Origin: Chlamydiia bacterium
Lineage (GTDB): Bacteria; Chlamydiota; Chlamydiia; Chlamydiales; JAAZZY01
Direction of reading: 5' to 3'
NCBI GenBank assembly: GCA_014239035.1
Contig: JAAZZY010000001.1
Location: forward strand, 1-52,648
Length of the DNA: 52,648 nt
Below, in pieces: positions 1-12,942 of the stretch. Under the pieces are notes generated by a model, which was not told the origin of the DNA, searched no databases, and was given only the letters and a program-made list of their open reading frames with translations. The stretch's first letter is position 1, and each line of letters starts with the position of its first letter. A program made the translations under genes and the position numbers.

Positions 1-3000
1 ATTTCTCATTTTATCCTCAGCTTTTTTGTCAGTTTCGTGCATCATCAATATTTTATATAAGAACTCTGATGAATTGACCTCTAACTCAACAAAATCAAAA
101 ACTAAATCCTCTTCATGTTCCATGCTTACATGGTCTTTAGTTTTCTTATGGTAGTTAAAACCTGTACCACCTGGGATAATGTGTCCGATGATGATGTTTT
201 CTTTAAATCCTAATAAATAATCAGTCTTAGCTTCACACGCAGCTTCTGCTAAGATACGTGTCGTATCTTGGAAAGATGCAGCTGATAAGAATGAATCTGT
301 ACCAAGCGAAGCTTTGGTAATACCCAGAAGAATTGGGAAAGCTTGGGCAGGTTTGCCACCTTCCTCAATTATCTTCTCATTCTCAGTGTGAAATCTTTTT
401 TTGTTCACATCTTCACCATATAGGAAAGTTGTGTCACCTGGATCACTGATCCTAACTTTTCTAAGCATCTGACGTACAATAATTTCAACATGCTTATCAT
501 TAATATCAACACCTTGAAGGCGATATACTTCTTGAACCTGATTTACAATGTATCTTTGAAGCTCTCTTACACCGCATATCTCTAGTATTTCATGAGGAAC
601 GACTAGTCCATCTGTGAGCTGTTGCCCTTTAACGACATGGTCACCTTTTTGAACAATTAGGTGCTTGGATAATGGAATAAGGTGTTCTTCTTCCATCATG
701 GTAACTTCGTCTCTAACAACAACGATACGCTTATTTTTCTGAACGCCTTTAAAATCTAGAATACCATCAATTTTAGCAATTTCAGAAGCCATCTTAGGTT
801 TTCTTGCTTCGAATAACTCCGCTACACGAGGAAGACCACCGGTTATATCCTTAGTCTTAATTGCACCACGAGGAATACGAGCTAGTATAGAACCAGCCTT
901 AGCATGTTGACTCTCAGAAACAGAAATGACAGCTGCAGCTGGAAGAGAATAACTACCCACAAGATCAGTGAATTCTTTATCACTATAAATAGCAATCTCA
1001 GGGTGGAGCTCTCCACGATGTTGCTTCACGACAAACTCTACTTGTCCTGTTTTTTTATTAACGTCTTTCTCTGTAGATAACCCTTCAACTAAATCTTCAT
1101 ATTTAACATACCCAGGACGATCACAGATAATCGGGACATTGTGCTGTTCCCATTCTACAATCTTACTTTTTTTCTTAACGGCCATTCCATCAGAAATTAA
1201 AATTTTAGAACCTAGTTCTAGCATAAACGTTTGCTGAGGTTCAATAGACTTAGTTTTAAGCAGAGCCTTATATTCCTCTAGAGGACGGTTTTCATCCTTG
1301 ACGACATGCAGGGCTCCATTTTTGTTAAGTACCAACACGTCTCCATGTTCATTTTCAACTGTGCGAACATCCTCAAGTACAACTATACCATCTTTATCAG
1401 CGATAAGTTCTGGGGAAGCACTTGCAGACGCGATACCACCTAAGTGGAACGTTCTCATAGTAAGCTGTGTTCCTGGTTCACCAATTGACTGAGCAGCTAT
1501 GATACCTACAGCCTCACCTTCTCCAACAAGCTTACCGTTAGCAAGATTTGTACCATAACACTTAGAACAGACACCCATTTTAGACTCACAGGTCAATGGA
1601 GATCTGAGCTTTAGTATTTCTATACCCGCATCTGCAATAACTTTAGCTTGCTTATGTGAAATTAAATCACCACTTTTACCCAGTAATTTTGTCTTATCAC
1701 CCGGCTGGTAAATATCATCACAAAGAACTCGACCGTAAATACGGTCCTGAAGTGGAAGAAGTTCTTCTTGACCTTGTTTAATTGCCAAAACTTCAATTCC
1801 GTTAAGTGTTTCACAGTCAAAATCTGTAACAATAACTTCTTGGGCAACATCAACAAGACGTCTTGTAAGGTAACCCGAGTCCGCAGTTTTTAACGCTGTA
1901 TCTGATAGACCTTTACGAGCACCGTGAGATGAAATTGAATACTCTAGTACAGTCAAACCTTCTCTAAAGTTTGAAGTAATGGGAGATTCAATAATTGCTC
2001 CCGATGGTTTTGCCATCAATCCTCTTAAAGCACCAAGCTGTTTAACCTGTGATTTGTTACCACGTGCTCCTGAATCCAACATCATAAATAAGGGATTCAT
2101 TTGGCAATCTTTAACTTGTTGAATACTTGCAAAAAGTTCATCTGAAATTTTGTCCGTTACCTCAGTCCAAGTTGTAATAACTTTGGACTTTCGTTCCCCG
2201 TCTGTGATAATTCCAGCTTCGTATTGTTTTTTGACAGCTTCTACTTTCTCGTGCCCAGCATCAATCATGCCAGCTTTACTGTCTGGAATAGGTATATCAC
2301 ATACTCCCATCGATATTGCTGATTTAGTAGCTTCTTTAAAACCGAGGTTTTTCAGATTATCTAAAAAGCGAACTGTCTCTTCAAGACCAACTCTTTTATA
2401 GCAGTCTAAAATAAGCTGTTCAACTCTCTTAGAAGGAAGGCAATAGTTTTGGAAGCCTAACTTCTCAGGTACAATATTATTGAAAATAACACGACCAGGC
2501 GTTGTTTCAATAATACCCGATTTTAGACGAACCCTTATTCTTTCATGAATATGGAGACCACGGCCAGTATTTTTTTGTATATTTGATTCTTTTGCATCTT
2601 TAATCGGCACGCTAAAGCTATCAGCTGCATGTAATGCTAAGAGCACTTCTTCCATGTCCCCAAAGACTTTAATTTTGTTACCGTATACTTCTGGATCATA
2701 TAGAGGATCAAGCATCAAGTAATAAAGCCCTAGAGTCATATCTTGTCCTGGAATAGCTACCGGTTTACCAGATGATGGTAAAAATATATTATCTGGAGAC
2801 ATCATTAAGACTTTTGCCTCAATTTGAGCTTCTATAGAAAGTGGTACGTGGACAGCCATCATATCACCATCAAAGTCGGCGTTAAATGCTTTAGTAACTA
2901 GAGGGTGAATTCTAATCGCTTTTCCTTCAATCAAGATTGGCTCAAAAGCTTGGATTCCTAAACGGTGCAATGTAGGTGCACGGTTGAGTAGGATTGGGTG

Positions 3001-4242
3001 TCCTTTAATAATTTCTTCTAAGACATCCCAAACAACAGTCTCTTGTCTTTGAATCATTTTTTTTGCTGATCTAATCGTATATACATGTCCCAAATCTTTT
3101 AACCTTCTTACAATAAAAGGTTCAAAAAGTTCTAGGGCCATTTGCTTAGGCAAACCACACTGGTTAAACTTAAGATCAGGACCAACCATAATTACAGAAC
3201 GACCTGAATAGTCAACACGTTTACCCAATAGATTTTGTCTAAAACGTCCCGTTTTACCTTTGAGCATTTCCGATAATGATTTTAGAGGTCGGTTTCCAGC
3301 TCCCATAACAGGATGACCATGTCTTCCGTTATCAAATAGAGCATCTACAGCTTCTTGAAGCATTCTCTTCTCGTTTCTGATAATCACATCAGGAGTTTTA
3401 AGCTTCAAAATAGATTTCAAACGATTATTTCTATTGATTACTCGTCTATATAAATCATTTAAATCGGATGTAGCAAAACGCCCTCCATCTAGTGGTACAA
3501 GAGGTCTTAGATCTGGAGGAATTACTGGAACACAACTTAAGACCATCCAATCTGGATCATTACTAGAACATAAAAAGCTTTCGATAATCTTAAGTCTTTT
3601 AGCAATCTTCATCCTAGCTTGCATAGATTTAGTCTTTTTAAGCTTAGTTTTGAGTTCCTGAAGAATAATTTTAAGATCTTCAGTGTTCAAAAGATCTCTA
3701 ACAGCCTCACCACCCATTTGGGCTTTGAATGAACCAGCGCCCCAACGCTCTACAGCTTCTCGATATTCAATGTCGTTAAGAAGTTGTTTTCTATCAAGCT
3801 CTGTCTCACCTGGATCTATGACAACATATTCTTCATAGTAAATGATCTTTTCTAATTCGCCTCCAGATAGACCTAATACATTTCCAATTCTGGATGGCAT
3901 AGTTTTGAAAAACCAAATATGGACAACAGGTACAGCAAGGTCAATGTGCGCCATTCTTTCTCGACGTACTTTTGAGAGAGTTACCTCTACACCGCAACGG
4001 TCACAGACAATACCTTTGTGTTTAATTTTTTTGTACTTACCACAAGCACATTCCCAATCTTTTGTTGGGCCAAAAATCTTCTCGCAAAAAAGGCCACCTT
4101 TTTCAGGCTTAAAAGTTCTGTAGTTAATAGTTTCTGGCTTTTTAATTTCGCCACGAGACCATGAACTACGAATAGTATCATCTGATGCTATTCCAATTGT
4201 AATCTTATCAAATCCAATTTCCTGTAGATCCTGTTCTTGCAT
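1..4242 (-). CDS. rpoC: DNA-directed RNA polymerase subunit beta' (partial; C-terminal end lies beyond the window start)
   Basis: Absent from the ORF track because no stop codon lies in the window. The reverse frame is open from ATG at 4240-4242 down to base 1 (1414 codons). Hand translation gives [100 protein letters not shown] (zinc-finger region) and, near 2040, [20 protein letters not shown]. It starts 25 nt downstream of the rpoB stop. Confidence 0.96.
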   Translation of the reverse strand, partial: MQEQDLQEIGFDKITIGIASDDTIRSSWSRGEIKKPETINYRTFKPEKGGLFCEKIFGPTKDWECACGKYKKIKHKGIVCDRCGVEVTLSKVRRERMAHIDLAVPVVHIWFFKTMPSRIGNVLGLSGGELEKIIYYEEYVVIDPGETELDRKQLLNDIEYREAVERWGAGSFKAQMGGEAVRDLLNTEDLKIILQELKTKLKKTKSMQARMKIAKRLKIIESFLCSSNDPDWMVLSCVPVIPPDLRPLVPLDGGRFATSDLNDLYRRVINRNNRLKSILKLKTPDVIIRNEKRMLQEAVDALFDNGRHGHPVMGAGNRPLKSLSEMLKGKTGRFRQNLLGKRVDYSGRSVIMVGPDLKFNQCGLPKQMALELFEPFIVRRLKDLGHVYTIRSAKKMIQRQETVVWDVLEEIIKGHPILLNRAPTLHRLGIQAFEPILIEGKAIRIHPLVTKAFNADFDGDMMAVHVPLSIEAQIEAKVLMMSPDNIFLPSSGKPVAIPGQDMTLGLYYLMLDPLYDPEVYGNKIKVFGDMEEVLLALHAADSFSVPIKDAKESNIQKNTGRGLHIHERIRVRLKSGIIETTPGRVIFNNIVPEKLGFQNYCLPSKRVEQLILDCYKRVGLEETVRFLDNLKNLGFKEATKSAISMGVCDIPIPDSKAGMIDAGHEKVEAVKKQYEAGIITDGERKSKVITTWTEVTDKISDELFASIQQVKDCQMNPLFMMLDSGARGNKSQVKQLGALRGLMAKPSGAIIESPITSNFREGLTVLEYSISSHGARKGLSDTALKTADSGYLTRRLVDVAQEVIVTDFDCETLNGIEVLAIKQGQEELLPLQDRIYGRVLCDDIYQPGDKTKLLGKSGDLISHKQAKVIADAGIEILKLRSPLTCESKMGVCSKCYGTNLANGKLVGEGEAVGIIAAQSIGEPGTQLTMRTFHLGGIASASASPELIADKDGIVVLEDVRTVENEHGDVLVLNKNGALHVVKDENRPLEEYKALLKTKSIEPQQTFMLELGSKILISDGMAVKKKSKIVEWEQHNVPIICDRPGYVKYEDLVEGLSTEKDVNKKTGQVEFVVKQHRGELHPEIAIYSDKEFTDLVGSYSLPAAAVISVSESQHAKAGSILARIPRGAIKTKDITGGLPRVAELFEARKPKMASEIAKIDGILDFKGVQKNKRIVVVRDEVTMMEEEHLIPLSKHLIVQKGDHVVKGQQLTDGLVVPHEILEICGVRELQRYIVNQVQEVYRLQGVDINDKHVEIIVRQMLRKVRISDPGDTTFLYGEDVNKKRFHTENEKIIEEGGKPAQAFPILLGITKASLGTDSFLSAASFQDTTRILAEAACEAKTDYLLGFKENIIIGHIIPGGTGFNYHKKTKDHVSMEHEEDLVFDFVELEVNSSEFLYKILMMHETDKKAEDKMRN

Positions 4243-4267
4243 TCTTATCTCCTGAAAAGATTATTTA

Positions 4268-7200
4268 CTATTTTTCATCTAAAGTTTTAGCCTGAATATT
4301 TAGAGCTAAACCTTGAATTTCTTTTACAAGTACGTTAAACGACTCTGGTGTTCCTGCTTGAAGCAAGTTTTCACCTTTTACAATCGATTCGTAAATGCGT
4401 GTTCTACCAGCTACATCATCTGATTTAACTGTTAACATTTCTTGGAGTAAGTGAGCGACGCCATAAGCTTCTAATGCCCACACTTCCATCTCTCCAAAGC
4501 GCTGTCCACCCATCTGAGCTTTACCACCCAATGGCTGCTGAGTTACAAGCGAGTAAGGACCGATAGATCTTGCGTGAATTTTATCTGCAACAAGGTGAGC
4601 AAGTTTTAGCATATAGATATATCCTACAACAACTTTGTTATCGTACAATTCACCGCTTCTTCCATCACTTAAATGAAACTTACCAGTCTCTTCAAGGTTC
4701 TGTTCACGCATCATCTCCCAGATTTTATCTTCAGAGTAGCCTTCAAAGACGGGAGACTTGATGTGTATACCTGCTTTTTTCGCAGCAAATCCAAGTTGCG
4801 TTTCCAAGAGCTGTCCAATGTTCATACGTGAAGGAACACCTAGTGGATTAAGAATAATCTCAATAGGTTGTCCATTATCCATATATGGCATATCAGCTTC
4901 TGGTACGATACAAGAGACCACACCTTTGTTACCGTGACGGCCTGCCATCTTATCACCAACTTGAAGTTTACGCTTAGTTGCGATGTAGACTTTGACTTGT
5001 CGAATGATACCAGGATCTAGCTCTGTATCGCCTTTTCGGGTGTATTCAAGGTCACTTTTCTTCTGCATCTTCAGTTTTTCAAGATTGATTTCAAAATCTC
5101 TTAAGATAGCTTTAAGCAATCTATAGATTTCATTTTCCTGCATTATGAGGTTTTCGACACTTTCATCCTCTAGAAGACCTAGTTTATCTTGTGAAATCAC
5201 TTCTTGGTCATCAATGATAATTTCAGCAGTCTTACGGTGAACGATTGGCCCAGGAGCTTTTTCATTCATCAAAAGTGCACCCAGTCTATCTCGGCGCTCA
5301 TCATAGAGCTGATCTAGTTTGAGTTTAAACTCCTTATGAATGTCCTTAAGTCTATTTGTCTCTTCAACGAGCTCATCATCAGTTTTAGAGAGTCTGTCAC
5401 GTCTGCTAAAGACTTTGACATCCATAACTACACCTTCAGTTCCTGGAGGTACAGCAAGTGATGCATCTTTTACATCAGCTGCTTTTTCTCCAAAAATTGC
5501 ACGGAGCAGTCTTTCCTCTGGAGCTAATTCAGTCTCAGTTTTTGGAGTAATCTTTCCAACTAAGATATCTCCAGATTTGACTTCTGCACCAACACGAATG
5601 ATTCCATCTTCACCGAGGTTAGCTAAAGCTTCTTCAGAAACGTTTGGAATATCACGAGTAATCTCTTCTTTTCCTAACTTCGTATCCCGAGCAGTAACTT
5701 CAAACTCTTGTAAGTAAAGAGATGTGTAGTAGTCTTCTTTAACGAGCCTTTCAGAGATGATGATCGCATCCTCGTAGTTATAACCACACCAAGGCATGAA
5801 TGCTACTAAGACGTTTTTACCGAGGGCTACTTCTCCACAGTCTGTTGCAGCTCCATCTGCTATAATGTCTCCTGCCTTAATGTTATCTCCCATTTGACAT
5901 ATTGGAGTTTGATTTATGGCAGTTCCATTGTTTGAACGTAAAAACTTCTTAAGTTGATATGTTTTCTCTTCGTCTGAAGAGCGTGTAGAGGCAATAGTAA
6001 TTCTATGGCCATCGACACTTTTAACTGTACCGTCCATGTCTGCGACTACTACTGCACGTGAGTCACGCGCCGCTCTAATCTCTACACCAGTTCCTACTAT
6101 TGGAGACTCAGTTTTGAGAAGAGGTACCGCCTGACGTTGCATATTTGTTCCCATCAAGGCGCGGTTCGCATCGTCATGCTCCAAGAAAGGAATAAGGCTT
6201 GTCACAATTGAAACAAGTTGCTTAGAAGACACATCCATGTGTGTGACTTTCTCTGTCTCAATTTCAATAGGTTCCCCACGATGACGAGCTCCACAAAGAG
6301 ACTCTTTGAACATCTTGTATTCATCTAGAACTGTTGATGGTTGAGCTATAATGCATTTCTCTTCTTGGTCAGCAGTCATGTACTCAATTTCTTCAGTGAC
6401 TACGTTATCTTTGACTATTAGATATGGAGTTTCAATAAATCCAAATTCATTAATCTTTGCATAAGCTGCAAGCGAAGTTATCAAACCAATGTTTGGTCCT
6501 TCAGGTGTTTCTGTTGGACATATTCTACCATAATGACTTGGATGAACATCACGAACTTCAAAACCCGCTCTTTCTCTATTTAACCCACCAGGTCCCAATG
6601 CTGAGAGCCTTCTTTTGTGTGTAAGTTCAGCGACTGGGTTAACTTGATCCATAAACTGAGAAAGCTGAGAGCGCCCGAAGAAATCTTTTAATATACCTGC
6701 AAGTCCTTTTGCAGAGACAATTTTTCCAGGAGTTAGAGTATCGGATGAAAAATCAAATAAATTCATTCTCTCACGAATGATTTTTTCCATTTTTGCAAGG
6801 CCGACTCTGCACTGATTTTGAATAAGCTCACCTACTGAACGAACGCGCCTATTTCCTAGGTGATCTATGTCATCAATATAGGTAGAGTCATCACCAGCTT
6901 TAAGTTTAATGAGGTACTTTAGAGCCTCAATAATATCTTCTTTAGTCAGTGTTACATTCTCTAAAGTCTCATCGTTTACAGGAAAGTTCAATTTTGTATT
7001 TAGCTTATAACGACCCACTCTTCCAAGATTGTAACGTTTTGGATCAAAGAATAGTCTCATCATAAGTGAACGAGCATTTGAGAGTGTCGCAGGCTCACCT
7101 GGTCTAATTTTACGATAAAAGTCTTTAAGTGCAGACTCATAAGAATCTGAAGTGTCTTTTGCAAGCATTTTGATAATAGGAGAATTCTCATCAGCATCTT

Positions 7201-8032
7201 CAGCAATTCTCACCATTTTAACGCCAGCATCTAGCATCCTTTTGAGCATTGCAGTGGTTAGTTTCTCAGCTGCTTTACCAAAAAAGACTCCTGAGTCTTC
7301 ATCAACTACATCTTCAGCGAGTATTTTCCCTACAAGCTGAACAAAATCTTTCTCAGACTTAACTTTGACTTTTCTAGTGCTAAAGAATTCTTCTAGGATA
7401 TCTGCATCAGATGAATACCCAAGCGTTCTAATGAATGAAGTGGCTAAGATCTTTCTTCTGCGCTTCTTTCTGTCGATGTAGATATATACAAAATCATTAG
7501 GATCAGAAATAGCTTCAAGCCAACTTCCTCTATAGGGAATAATTTTAAACGTATAAAGATTTATTCCTTTTGGATGCTTCTCTTGCTCAAATGAAATACC
7601 TGGTGATCTGTGAAGCTGAGATACTACCACTCTTTCAGCACCATTTATGATAAATGTACCCTTGTCAGTCATTATGGGAATAGTTCCCATATAAACTTCT
7701 TCTTCTTTAATTCCCGTTTCATCCGTTAGTCTAAAACGAGCTTTAAGGACTACATTTAGAGTAATTCCACGTCGAATGCACTCATCTGCGGTATACTTTG
7801 GTGATCCCAAGCTATAGGATAGAAATTCTAGGATTGTTTTGTCGTTGTAGGTCTTGATAGGAAAGACTTCGGTAAAAACCTCTTGCAGCCCTACATTAAG
7901 TCTTTCAATAGGCAGCTTATCTGCTTGGAGAAATTCATTGTAGGATTTTAATTGAACTTCGATCAAATTCGGTAAGTCAATGATCTCTTCTTTCTCTTTA
8001 AAACCCTTTCTTTGGGGTGGCTTTTTTAACAT
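4268..8032 (-). CDS. rpoB: DNA-directed RNA polymerase subunit beta
   Basis: The 1273-aa ORF carries hallmark RpoB blocks ([54 protein letters not shown]). I place the start at the internal ATG (8030-8032, [31 protein letters not shown]), which is preceded by GGGAG. The 19-codon upstream extension to 8089 overlaps an intergenic hairpin. Confidence 0.97.
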   Translation of the reverse strand: MLKKPPQRKGFKEKEEIIDLPNLIEVQLKSYNEFLQADKLPIERLNVGLQEVFTEVFPIKTYNDKTILEFLSYSLGSPKYTADECIRRGITLNVVLKARFRLTDETGIKEEEVYMGTIPIMTDKGTFIINGAERVVVSQLHRSPGISFEQEKHPKGINLYTFKIIPYRGSWLEAISDPNDFVYIYIDRKKRRRKILATSFIRTLGYSSDADILEEFFSTRKVKVKSEKDFVQLVGKILAEDVVDEDSGVFFGKAAEKLTTAMLKRMLDAGVKMVRIAEDADENSPIIKMLAKDTSDSYESALKDFYRKIRPGEPATLSNARSLMMRLFFDPKRYNLGRVGRYKLNTKLNFPVNDETLENVTLTKEDIIEALKYLIKLKAGDDSTYIDDIDHLGNRRVRSVGELIQNQCRVGLAKMEKIIRERMNLFDFSSDTLTPGKIVSAKGLAGILKDFFGRSQLSQFMDQVNPVAELTHKRRLSALGPGGLNRERAGFEVRDVHPSHYGRICPTETPEGPNIGLITSLAAYAKINEFGFIETPYLIVKDNVVTEEIEYMTADQEEKCIIAQPSTVLDEYKMFKESLCGARHRGEPIEIETEKVTHMDVSSKQLVSIVTSLIPFLEHDDANRALMGTNMQRQAVPLLKTESPIVGTGVEIRAARDSRAVVVADMDGTVKSVDGHRITIASTRSSDEEKTYQLKKFLRSNNGTAINQTPICQMGDNIKAGDIIADGAATDCGEVALGKNVLVAFMPWCGYNYEDAIIISERLVKEDYYTSLYLQEFEVTARDTKLGKEEITRDIPNVSEEALANLGEDGIIRVGAEVKSGDILVGKITPKTETELAPEERLLRAIFGEKAADVKDASLAVPPGTEGVVMDVKVFSRRDRLSKTDDELVEETNRLKDIHKEFKLKLDQLYDERRDRLGALLMNEKAPGPIVHRKTAEIIIDDQEVISQDKLGLLEDESVENLIMQENEIYRLLKAILRDFEINLEKLKMQKKSDLEYTRKGDTELDPGIIRQVKVYIATKRKLQVGDKMAGRHGNKGVVSCIVPEADMPYMDNGQPIEIILNPLGVPSRMNIGQLLETQLGFAAKKAGIHIKSPVFEGYSEDKIWEMMREQNLEETGKFHLSDGRSGELYDNKVVVGYIYMLKLAHLVADKIHARSIGPYSLVTQQPLGGKAQMGGQRFGEMEVWALEAYGVAHLLQEMLTVKSDDVAGRTRIYESIVKGENLLQAGTPESFNVLVKEIQGLALNIQAKTLDEK

Positions 8033-8072
8033 AAGGCTCCCTTTACTCCCTAAAAATGTGTGTATGCAGTAA

Positions 8073-8103
8073 CAATCGAGCACAAGCATGCTGCGCTCGA
8101 TTG
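8073..8103 (-). promoter_or_regulatory. rplL-rpoB intergenic stem-loop, candidate attenuator or processing hairpin
   Basis: CAATCGAGC (8073-8081) and GCTCGATTG (8095-8103) are perfect reverse complements (9-bp stem, 13-nt loop containing the AGCATGCT palindrome). It sits between the rplL stop and the rpoB start. No immediate U-tract follows on the transcript strand. Confidence 0.35.
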
Positions 8104-8128
8104 AGTAATTATAAAAAGAAACTAAATC

Positions 8129-8512
8129 TTAAAGACCTTTAAGCGTTGCTTTTGCACCAGCGCCTTCAACTTTCTTCAGAATCTCTTCAGCTTCAGCTTT
8201 TGGAGCAGTGTCTTTGAGCACTTTTGGAGCTCCTTCAACTAATTCTTTTGCTTCTTTTAGTCCAAGCCCTGTAACTTCACGAACTACTTTAATAATCGCT
8301 ATTTTTTTATCAGCAGGAAATTCAGTTAAAGTTACTTCAAAATCAGTAGACTCTTCAACTTCAGCAGCAGCTGCACTTGCAGGTGCAGCAGCAACAACTT
8401 GAGCAGCTGCAGCAGCTTTAACGCCCCACTTATCTTCTAAAGCTGTTTTAAGGTCTGACAGTTCCAACACTGTTAACTTACTTAACTCTTCTACTAACTT
8501 TTCTTTATCCAC
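8129..8512 (-). CDS. rplL: 50S ribosomal protein L7/L12
   Basis: 127 aa with an Ala-rich hinge and a C-terminal domain ([28 protein letters not shown]). GTG start at 8510-8512, preceded by GAGG. Confidence 0.97.
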   Translation of the reverse strand: MDKEKLVEELSKLTVLELSDLKTALEDKWGVKAAAAAQVVAAAPASAAAAEVEESTDFEVTLTEFPADKKIAIIKVVREVTGLGLKEAKELVEGAPKVLKDTAPKAEAEEILKKVEGAGAKATLKGL

Positions 8513-8576
8513 AGTTTTACCTCATCGTTCTATTGAATAGAATTTAATACCCCAATATTAGGGGAAAATTTATTTG

Positions 8577-9095
8577 TTAACTTTGTTCTTGTTTAGCTTT
8601 GTTGTCTAAACAGTAAATGATACTAGTGAGCAATGACTCAAATGTACTTAATGTTTGAGACATTGGAGCTTCTAGTGTTCCAACAAACTGAGCACGCATC
8701 TCTTCGAGATTTGGCAGTTCAGATAATTTAATAACACTTGCTTTGTCATAGAGTTTTCCCTCAATAAACCCAGCTAGAATCTCCATATTATCTGAATCTT
8801 TGCTGAAATTTCTAACTTGTTTTGCAGCAGAAATATAATCTTCATCTGCAATAACTATACCAATGTGTCCTTGTAGAGTTTCTCTTTTAAACTCCACACC
8901 ACTTGCTTCTTCAGCAGCTTTTATAAAAACTCTTTTAGGGACAACTTCAAAGTCGCTTCCAGACTCAGTGATAGCTTTTCTGAAGTCATTCATATCATTG
9001 GCTGAAAAGGATTGATATTGAGTAACTATAAAAGCTTTTGCTGATTCAATTTTTGACTTTAAGTCATCTAATAAATATTGTTTTTCTTCTCTCAT
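8577..9095 (-). CDS. rplJ: 50S ribosomal protein L10
   Basis: 172 aa, located between rplA and rplL, with L10-like length and composition. Confidence 0.93.
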   Translation of the reverse strand: MREEKQYLLDDLKSKIESAKAFIVTQYQSFSANDMNDFRKAITESGSDFEVVPKRVFIKAAEEASGVEFKRETLQGHIGIVIADEDYISAAKQVRNFSKDSDNMEILAGFIEGKLYDKASVIKLSELPNLEEMRAQFVGTLEAPMSQTLSTFESLLTSIIYCLDNKAKQEQS

Positions 9096-9104
9096 GACGT
9101 CTCT

Positions 9105-9803
9105 TTAATTAGTTGCTACTTCTCTAAGATTAATTTTGAAACCGGGACCCATCGTTGATGCCAAACTTATCGTTTGTACATAGGTTCCTTTTGAAGCTGA
9201 TGGTTTTGCTTTAACAATAGCAGAAATTAGTTCTCTGATATTCTCTAAGAGCTTCTCTTTACTAAATGACAGTTTACCAACGCCGTTGTTAATAACAGCA
9301 TTTTTATCTACTTTGTATTCAATCTTACCTGCTTTTATTTCACTTACCGCTTTTGTAATATCAGTTGTGACAGTGCCGGCTTTAGGAGTAGGCATTAAAC
9401 CTCTTGGCCCCAAAATTCTTGCAAGCTTGCCGATTTCTCTCATCATATCAGGTGTTGCAATGACTGCATCAAAGTCTAACCAACCACCTTGAATCTTCTT
9501 GAAGAATTCATCATCTCCAGCATAGTCAGCACCAGCATCTAATGCTTCTTGTACTTTTTCACCCTTTGCAATGACTAAAACTCTAATTTTTTTTCCTGTT
9601 CCATTTGGAAGACTTACAGTTCCTCTGACAAGCTGGTCAGCTTTCTTCGGGTCTACTCCAAGCTTCATAGAAATTTCAAGAGTTTGATCAAATTTAACCT
9701 GAGGACATTTTTGAAGTAGTTCAACTGCTTCATCAAGATCATATTGTTTTTCTTCGTCATGAAGCTTATAAGCTTCCTTCATTCTTTTACTCGTGCGTCC
9801 CAT
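9105..9803 (-). CDS. rplA: 50S ribosomal protein L1
   Basis: 232 aa with L1 motifs ([30 protein letters not shown]). Confidence 0.96.
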   Translation of the reverse strand: MGRTSKRMKEAYKLHDEEKQYDLDEAVELLQKCPQVKFDQTLEISMKLGVDPKKADQLVRGTVSLPNGTGKKIRVLVIAKGEKVQEALDAGADYAGDDEFFKKIQGGWLDFDAVIATPDMMREIGKLARILGPRGLMPTPKAGTVTTDITKAVSEIKAGKIEYKVDKNAVINNGVGKLSFSKEKLLENIRELISAIVKAKPSASKGTYVQTISLASTMGPGFKINLREVATN

Positions 9804-9805
9804 AA

Positions 9806-10243
9806 TTATTCACCCTCTGCTGCGTAATCAATTCCCATAGACTTAGCTGATCCAAGAACAATCTGCACCGCTGCTTCTAATGATTTAGCGTTGAGATCAG
9901 ACATTTTAGCTTTTGCAATCTCGGCTGCTTGTTCATATGTAATTTTGCCCACTTTATCTCTATTTGGGACACCTGAACCTTTTTCAAGTCCAAGTGATTT
10001 TTTTATCATATTAGACATTGGTGGTTGCTTAGTAATGAAAGTAAAGCTTTTGTCTTTGTAAACTGTAATGACTACAGGCAATGTGTCACCGACTCTATCT
10101 TGAGTTTTCGCATTAAATTCTTTGCAAAAGCCCATAATATTTACACCGGCAGCACCCAAAGCTGATCCAATTGGAGGAGCTGGGTTTGCTTTCCCTGCAG
10201 ATATTTGCAGTTTAATGATTTTTTCTACCTTCTTTTTAGCCAT
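9806..10243 (-). CDS. rplK: 50S ribosomal protein L11
   Basis: 145 aa. [44 protein letters not shown] is the canonical L11 N-terminus. Confidence 0.97.
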   Translation of the reverse strand: MAKKKVEKIIKLQISAGKANPAPPIGSALGAAGVNIMGFCKEFNAKTQDRVGDTLPVVITVYKDKSFTFITKQPPMSNMIKKSLGLEKGSGVPNRDKVGKITYEQAAEIAKAKMSDLNAKSLEAAVQIVLGSAKSMGIDYAAEGE

Positions 10244-10259
10244 AGCTACTTTTTTCCTC

Positions 10260-10811
10260 TTAGTTCTCCGCCTCAGCGTCTTCAGTGGCTTCTTCTACTT
10301 GCCAGAATTCTAAATCATCTACTTGTGTCTCTCTTCCAAAAATAGAGACTGAAACACTTAATTTACCTTTTTCATGCTGAACACCGGTAACTGTCCCCAG
10401 AAAGTTCACAAAAACACCGTCTGTTATTTTGACATGACTTCCGATTTCGAATTGGTGTCTCTGAGTAACCCCTTCTTTTTTGTCTTCTAAATCCTTTAAG
10501 ATGCTCTGCACCTCTTTTTCACTTAGAGGAGTGGGTTTTTCACCACCTAAAAAAGCGATAACTCCATTTGTTTTTCTAATGAGCATCCAAACTTCATCCG
10601 TCAGCTGCATTTTAACAAGCAAATAACCAGGCCATATCCGACGTTCCGATATTTTTTGTTGTCCTTGCTTTACTTCCATAACTTTTTCAGTAGGAAGCAG
10701 GATTTCTTCAATATTTTCTCCGTGCGGGCTAGTCTCTTTGTTTTCATCTAGCGCTTGCTTAACTTGCTTCTCTTTCGATGACAATACTTGGATTACATAC
10801 CAGTGTTTCAT
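10260..10811 (-). CDS. nusG: Transcription termination/antitermination factor NusG
   Basis: 183 aa. The start MKHWYVIQV, a KOW-like C-terminus ([18 protein letters not shown]) and the position between secE and rplK all fit NusG. Confidence 0.95.
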   Translation of the reverse strand: MKHWYVIQVLSSKEKQVKQALDENKETSPHGENIEEILLPTEKVMEVKQGQQKISERRIWPGYLLVKMQLTDEVWMLIRKTNGVIAFLGGEKPTPLSEKEVQSILKDLEDKKEGVTQRHQFEIGSHVKITDGVFVNFLGTVTGVQHEKGKLSVSVSIFGRETQVDDLEFWQVEEATEDAEAEN

Positions 10812-10817
10812 AAACCC

Positions 10818-11078
10818 TTACCCAAAAATACGTTGAATTATAAAGTGTACGATTGCTAAAAATTTCTGAATGCCCATGTCTACAACATAGATCAAAAGGC
10901 CTACAGTAAACGTCGAACCCAAAACAACTTTTGTTAATTTTTTAAGTTCTTTCCTATTCGTCCAGGAAATATGCTTAAATTCCTGCTTGAGCGAACCAAA
11001 AAAATTAACAAAACCCCTTAAGATATTTCTTCTGGGTTTTCCTTCTTCGACTTTATTTGCATTCATGAACATGTTCAA
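10818..11078 (-). CDS. secE: Preprotein translocase subunit SecE
   Basis: 86 aa with a single C-terminal TM helix, preceded by KQEFKHISWTNRKEL. Canonical position upstream of nusG. The exact start among M1/M3/M5 is uncertain. Confidence 0.88.
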   Translation of the reverse strand: MNMFMNANKVEEGKPRRNILRGFVNFFGSLKQEFKHISWTNRKELKKLTKVVLGSTFTVGLLIYVVDMGIQKFLAIVHFIIQRIFG

Positions 11079-11103
11079 ATTAGCTTCTCATTGCTTTAAC
11101 CCT

Positions 11104-11176
11104 CGAGTGCGGAGGGACTCGAACCCCCGACCGGCGACTTTGGAGATCGCTGCTCTACCAGCTGAGCTACACACCC
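11104..11176 (-). tRNA. tRNA-Trp (anticodon CCA)
   Basis: Hand-folded 73-nt cloverleaf: acceptor GGGTGTG/CGCACTC (two G-U pairs), D arm GCTC-AGCTGGTA-GAGC, anticodon arm GCGAT-CTCCAAA-GTCGC, T arm GGGGG-TTCGAGT-CCCTC. CCA is not encoded. Lies between tuf and secE. Confidence 0.93.
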
Positions 11177-11243
11177 ACTTGAGGTCCCTTTTTATTCAAA
11201 ATTTTGCTGCAGGAGGAATACCTGCAACAAAACTACATCATCA

Positions 11244-12428
11244 CTATTCAATGATCTTAGAAACAGTACCCGCTCCGATAGTTCTACCACCTTCACGAAT
11301 CGCAAATTTCATTCCCTCTTCCATAGCTACAGGAACCATTAGTTGACCTGTCATTTCTACGTGATCACCAGGCATAACCATCTCAGTTCCCTCTGGAAGC
11401 TCGATAGTTCCAGTTACGTCAGTTGTTCTGAAATAGAACTGAGGTCTGTAACCTGAGAAGAAAGGCTTATGGCGCCCACCTTCATCTTTGGTTAAAACAT
11501 AAATCGCACACTTAAATTTTTTGTGTGGTGTACAAGTTCCTGGAGCAGCCAAAACCATTCCACGATCAATATCAGCTTTATTAACACCTCTTAAGAGAAC
11601 ACCTACATTTTCACCTGCACGTGCTTCATCAAGAAGTTTATTAAACATTTCTAGACCAGTTGCAACACTTTCACGAGTATCTCTAATTCCAACAATTTCA
11701 ATTTTGTCGTTCATTTTGATCACTCCGCGCTCAACTCTTCCAGTAGCGACTGTTCCACGACCTGAAATTGAGAATACGTCCTCAATCGGCATAAGGTAAG
11801 GCTTGTCTACTTCTCTCTCAGGAGTTGGGATGCTTGTATCAACAGCTTGCATTAGTTCAACAATAGCATCTACATATTTCGCATCACCTTCTAGAGCTTT
11901 AAGCGCAGAACCTTTAACAATCGGACAATCTTTATAACCTTTTGCTTCTAAAAGCTCTGCGATTTCCATTTCTACAAGTTCTACTAACTCTTGGTCTTCA
12001 GCGCCAATCTGATCGATTTTGTTCAAGAAGACAACAATAGCAGGAACACCTACTTGGTGAGCTAAGAGAATGTGTTCTTTAGTTTGAGGCATTGCTCCAT
12101 CAGTTGCCGCAACAACTAGGATTGCTCCATCCATTTGAGCTGCACCGGTAATCATATTTTTCACATAGTCAGCGTGTCCAGGACAGTCGACGTGTGCATA
12201 GTGACGGCTTTCAGTTTCGTACTCAACGTGAGATGAGTTGATAGTAATTCCACGAGCTTTTTCTTCAGGTGTGTTATCAATTGAAGCGTAGTCTCTAAAG
12301 TTACTTCCACCTTTTTCAGCCAAAATTTTAGTTATGGCAGCAGTTAGTGTAGTTTTTCCATGGTCAACGTGACCGATTGTTCCGATATTAACGTGAGGTT
12401 TATCGCGTTTAAAAGCTTCTTTAGCCAT
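11244..12428 (-). CDS. tuf: Elongation factor Tu
   Basis: 394 aa with [18 protein letters not shown] and NKID G-motifs. EF-Tu signature throughout. Confidence 0.99.
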   Translation of the reverse strand: MAKEAFKRDKPHVNIGTIGHVDHGKTTLTAAITKILAEKGGSNFRDYASIDNTPEEKARGITINSSHVEYETESRHYAHVDCPGHADYVKNMITGAAQMDGAILVVAATDGAMPQTKEHILLAHQVGVPAIVVFLNKIDQIGAEDQELVELVEMEIAELLEAKGYKDCPIVKGSALKALEGDAKYVDAIVELMQAVDTSIPTPEREVDKPYLMPIEDVFSISGRGTVATGRVERGVIKMNDKIEIVGIRDTRESVATGLEMFNKLLDEARAGENVGVLLRGVNKADIDRGMVLAAPGTCTPHKKFKCAIYVLTKDEGGRHKPFFSGYRPQFYFRTTDVTGTIELPEGTEMVMPGDHVEMTGQLMVPVAMEEGMKFAIREGGRTIGAGTVSKIIE

Positions 12429-12476
12429 ATGTTCTTATCCTCCGAAGAATAACTATTTTAATCTTTTTTCGTTTTT

Positions 12477-12548
12477 TGCCCAGAATAGGAATTGAACCTA
12501 CGACCGCTTGCTTACCATGCAAGTGCTCTACCTCTGAGCTATCTGGGC
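12477..12548 (-). tRNA. tRNA-Thr (anticodon GGT)
   Basis: Hand-folded 72-nt cloverleaf: acceptor GCCCAGA/TCTGGGC, anticodon arm CTTGC-ATGGTAA-GCAAG, T arm GTAGG-TTCAATT-CCTAT. Lies immediately upstream of tuf. Confidence 0.93.
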
Positions 12549-12691
12549 ACTTCCTATTCAAGGAGAGACTCCTTAAAATCCTGAAATTCAAGCACATACT
12601 GCAATCAATCTAAAAAGTGACCGCACGGACTTAAAATTATTTTAAAAGCCTATGAGTTTAATGGGATATCCAAAATAAATCAAGTGCCATT

Positions 12692-12910
12692 TTAACGTTG
12701 TCTATAAATAATTCGAGCTTTAGATAAATCGTAGGGTGAAATTTCAACAGTCACCACATCGCCAACCGATACACGAATATTTCTCAGCCTCATTTTTCCG
12801 CTAAGGTGAGCCAGAACAACTTTGCCATTTTCAAGTTCGACCTTAAAGGTCATGTTAGGCAGTAATTCTTGTATCTTACCGTCTAGTTTTAGGGTGTCTT
12901 CCTTTGTCAT
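12692..12910 (-). CDS. infA: Translation initiation factor IF-1
   Basis: S1-like fold sequence [68 protein letters not shown]. The ORF track starts at TTG 12913; the adjacent ATG at 12908-12910 is more likely. Confidence 0.96.
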   Translation of the reverse strand: MTKEDTLKLDGKIQELLPNMTFKVELENGKVVLAHLSGKMRLRNIRVSVGDVVTVEISPYDLSKARIIYRQR

Positions 12911-12942
12911 CAAATATATTATTTTAATTAAATTGCACTAAG

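Noticed and set aside
1298-4181. Short ORFs inside rpoC (1298-1492, 1662-1856, 2150-2401, 3434-3661, 3842-4123, 3987-4181)
   Set aside because: All lie within, or antisense to, the continuous rpoC reading frame. Their products are low-complexity and have no motifs.
8033-8089. 19-codon N-terminal extension of rpoB in the longest ORF ([19 protein letters not shown]...)
   Set aside because: It overlaps the intergenic hairpin and has no RBS. The internal ATG 8032 has GGGAG upstream and gives an N-terminus of the usual RpoB length.
10987-11346. 119-aa plus-strand ORF spanning secE, tRNA-Trp and the tuf 3' end
   Set aside because: It runs antisense through a tRNA gene and two well-supported CDS, so it is spurious.
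12549-12691. AAGGAG-AGA-CTCCTT 6-bp palindrome (12560-12574) and promoter-like hexamers upstream of tRNA-Thr/tuf
   Set aside because: The stem is short with no U-tract, and several equally weak -35/-10 combinations occur in the AT-rich sequence. None can be supported without transcription-start data.
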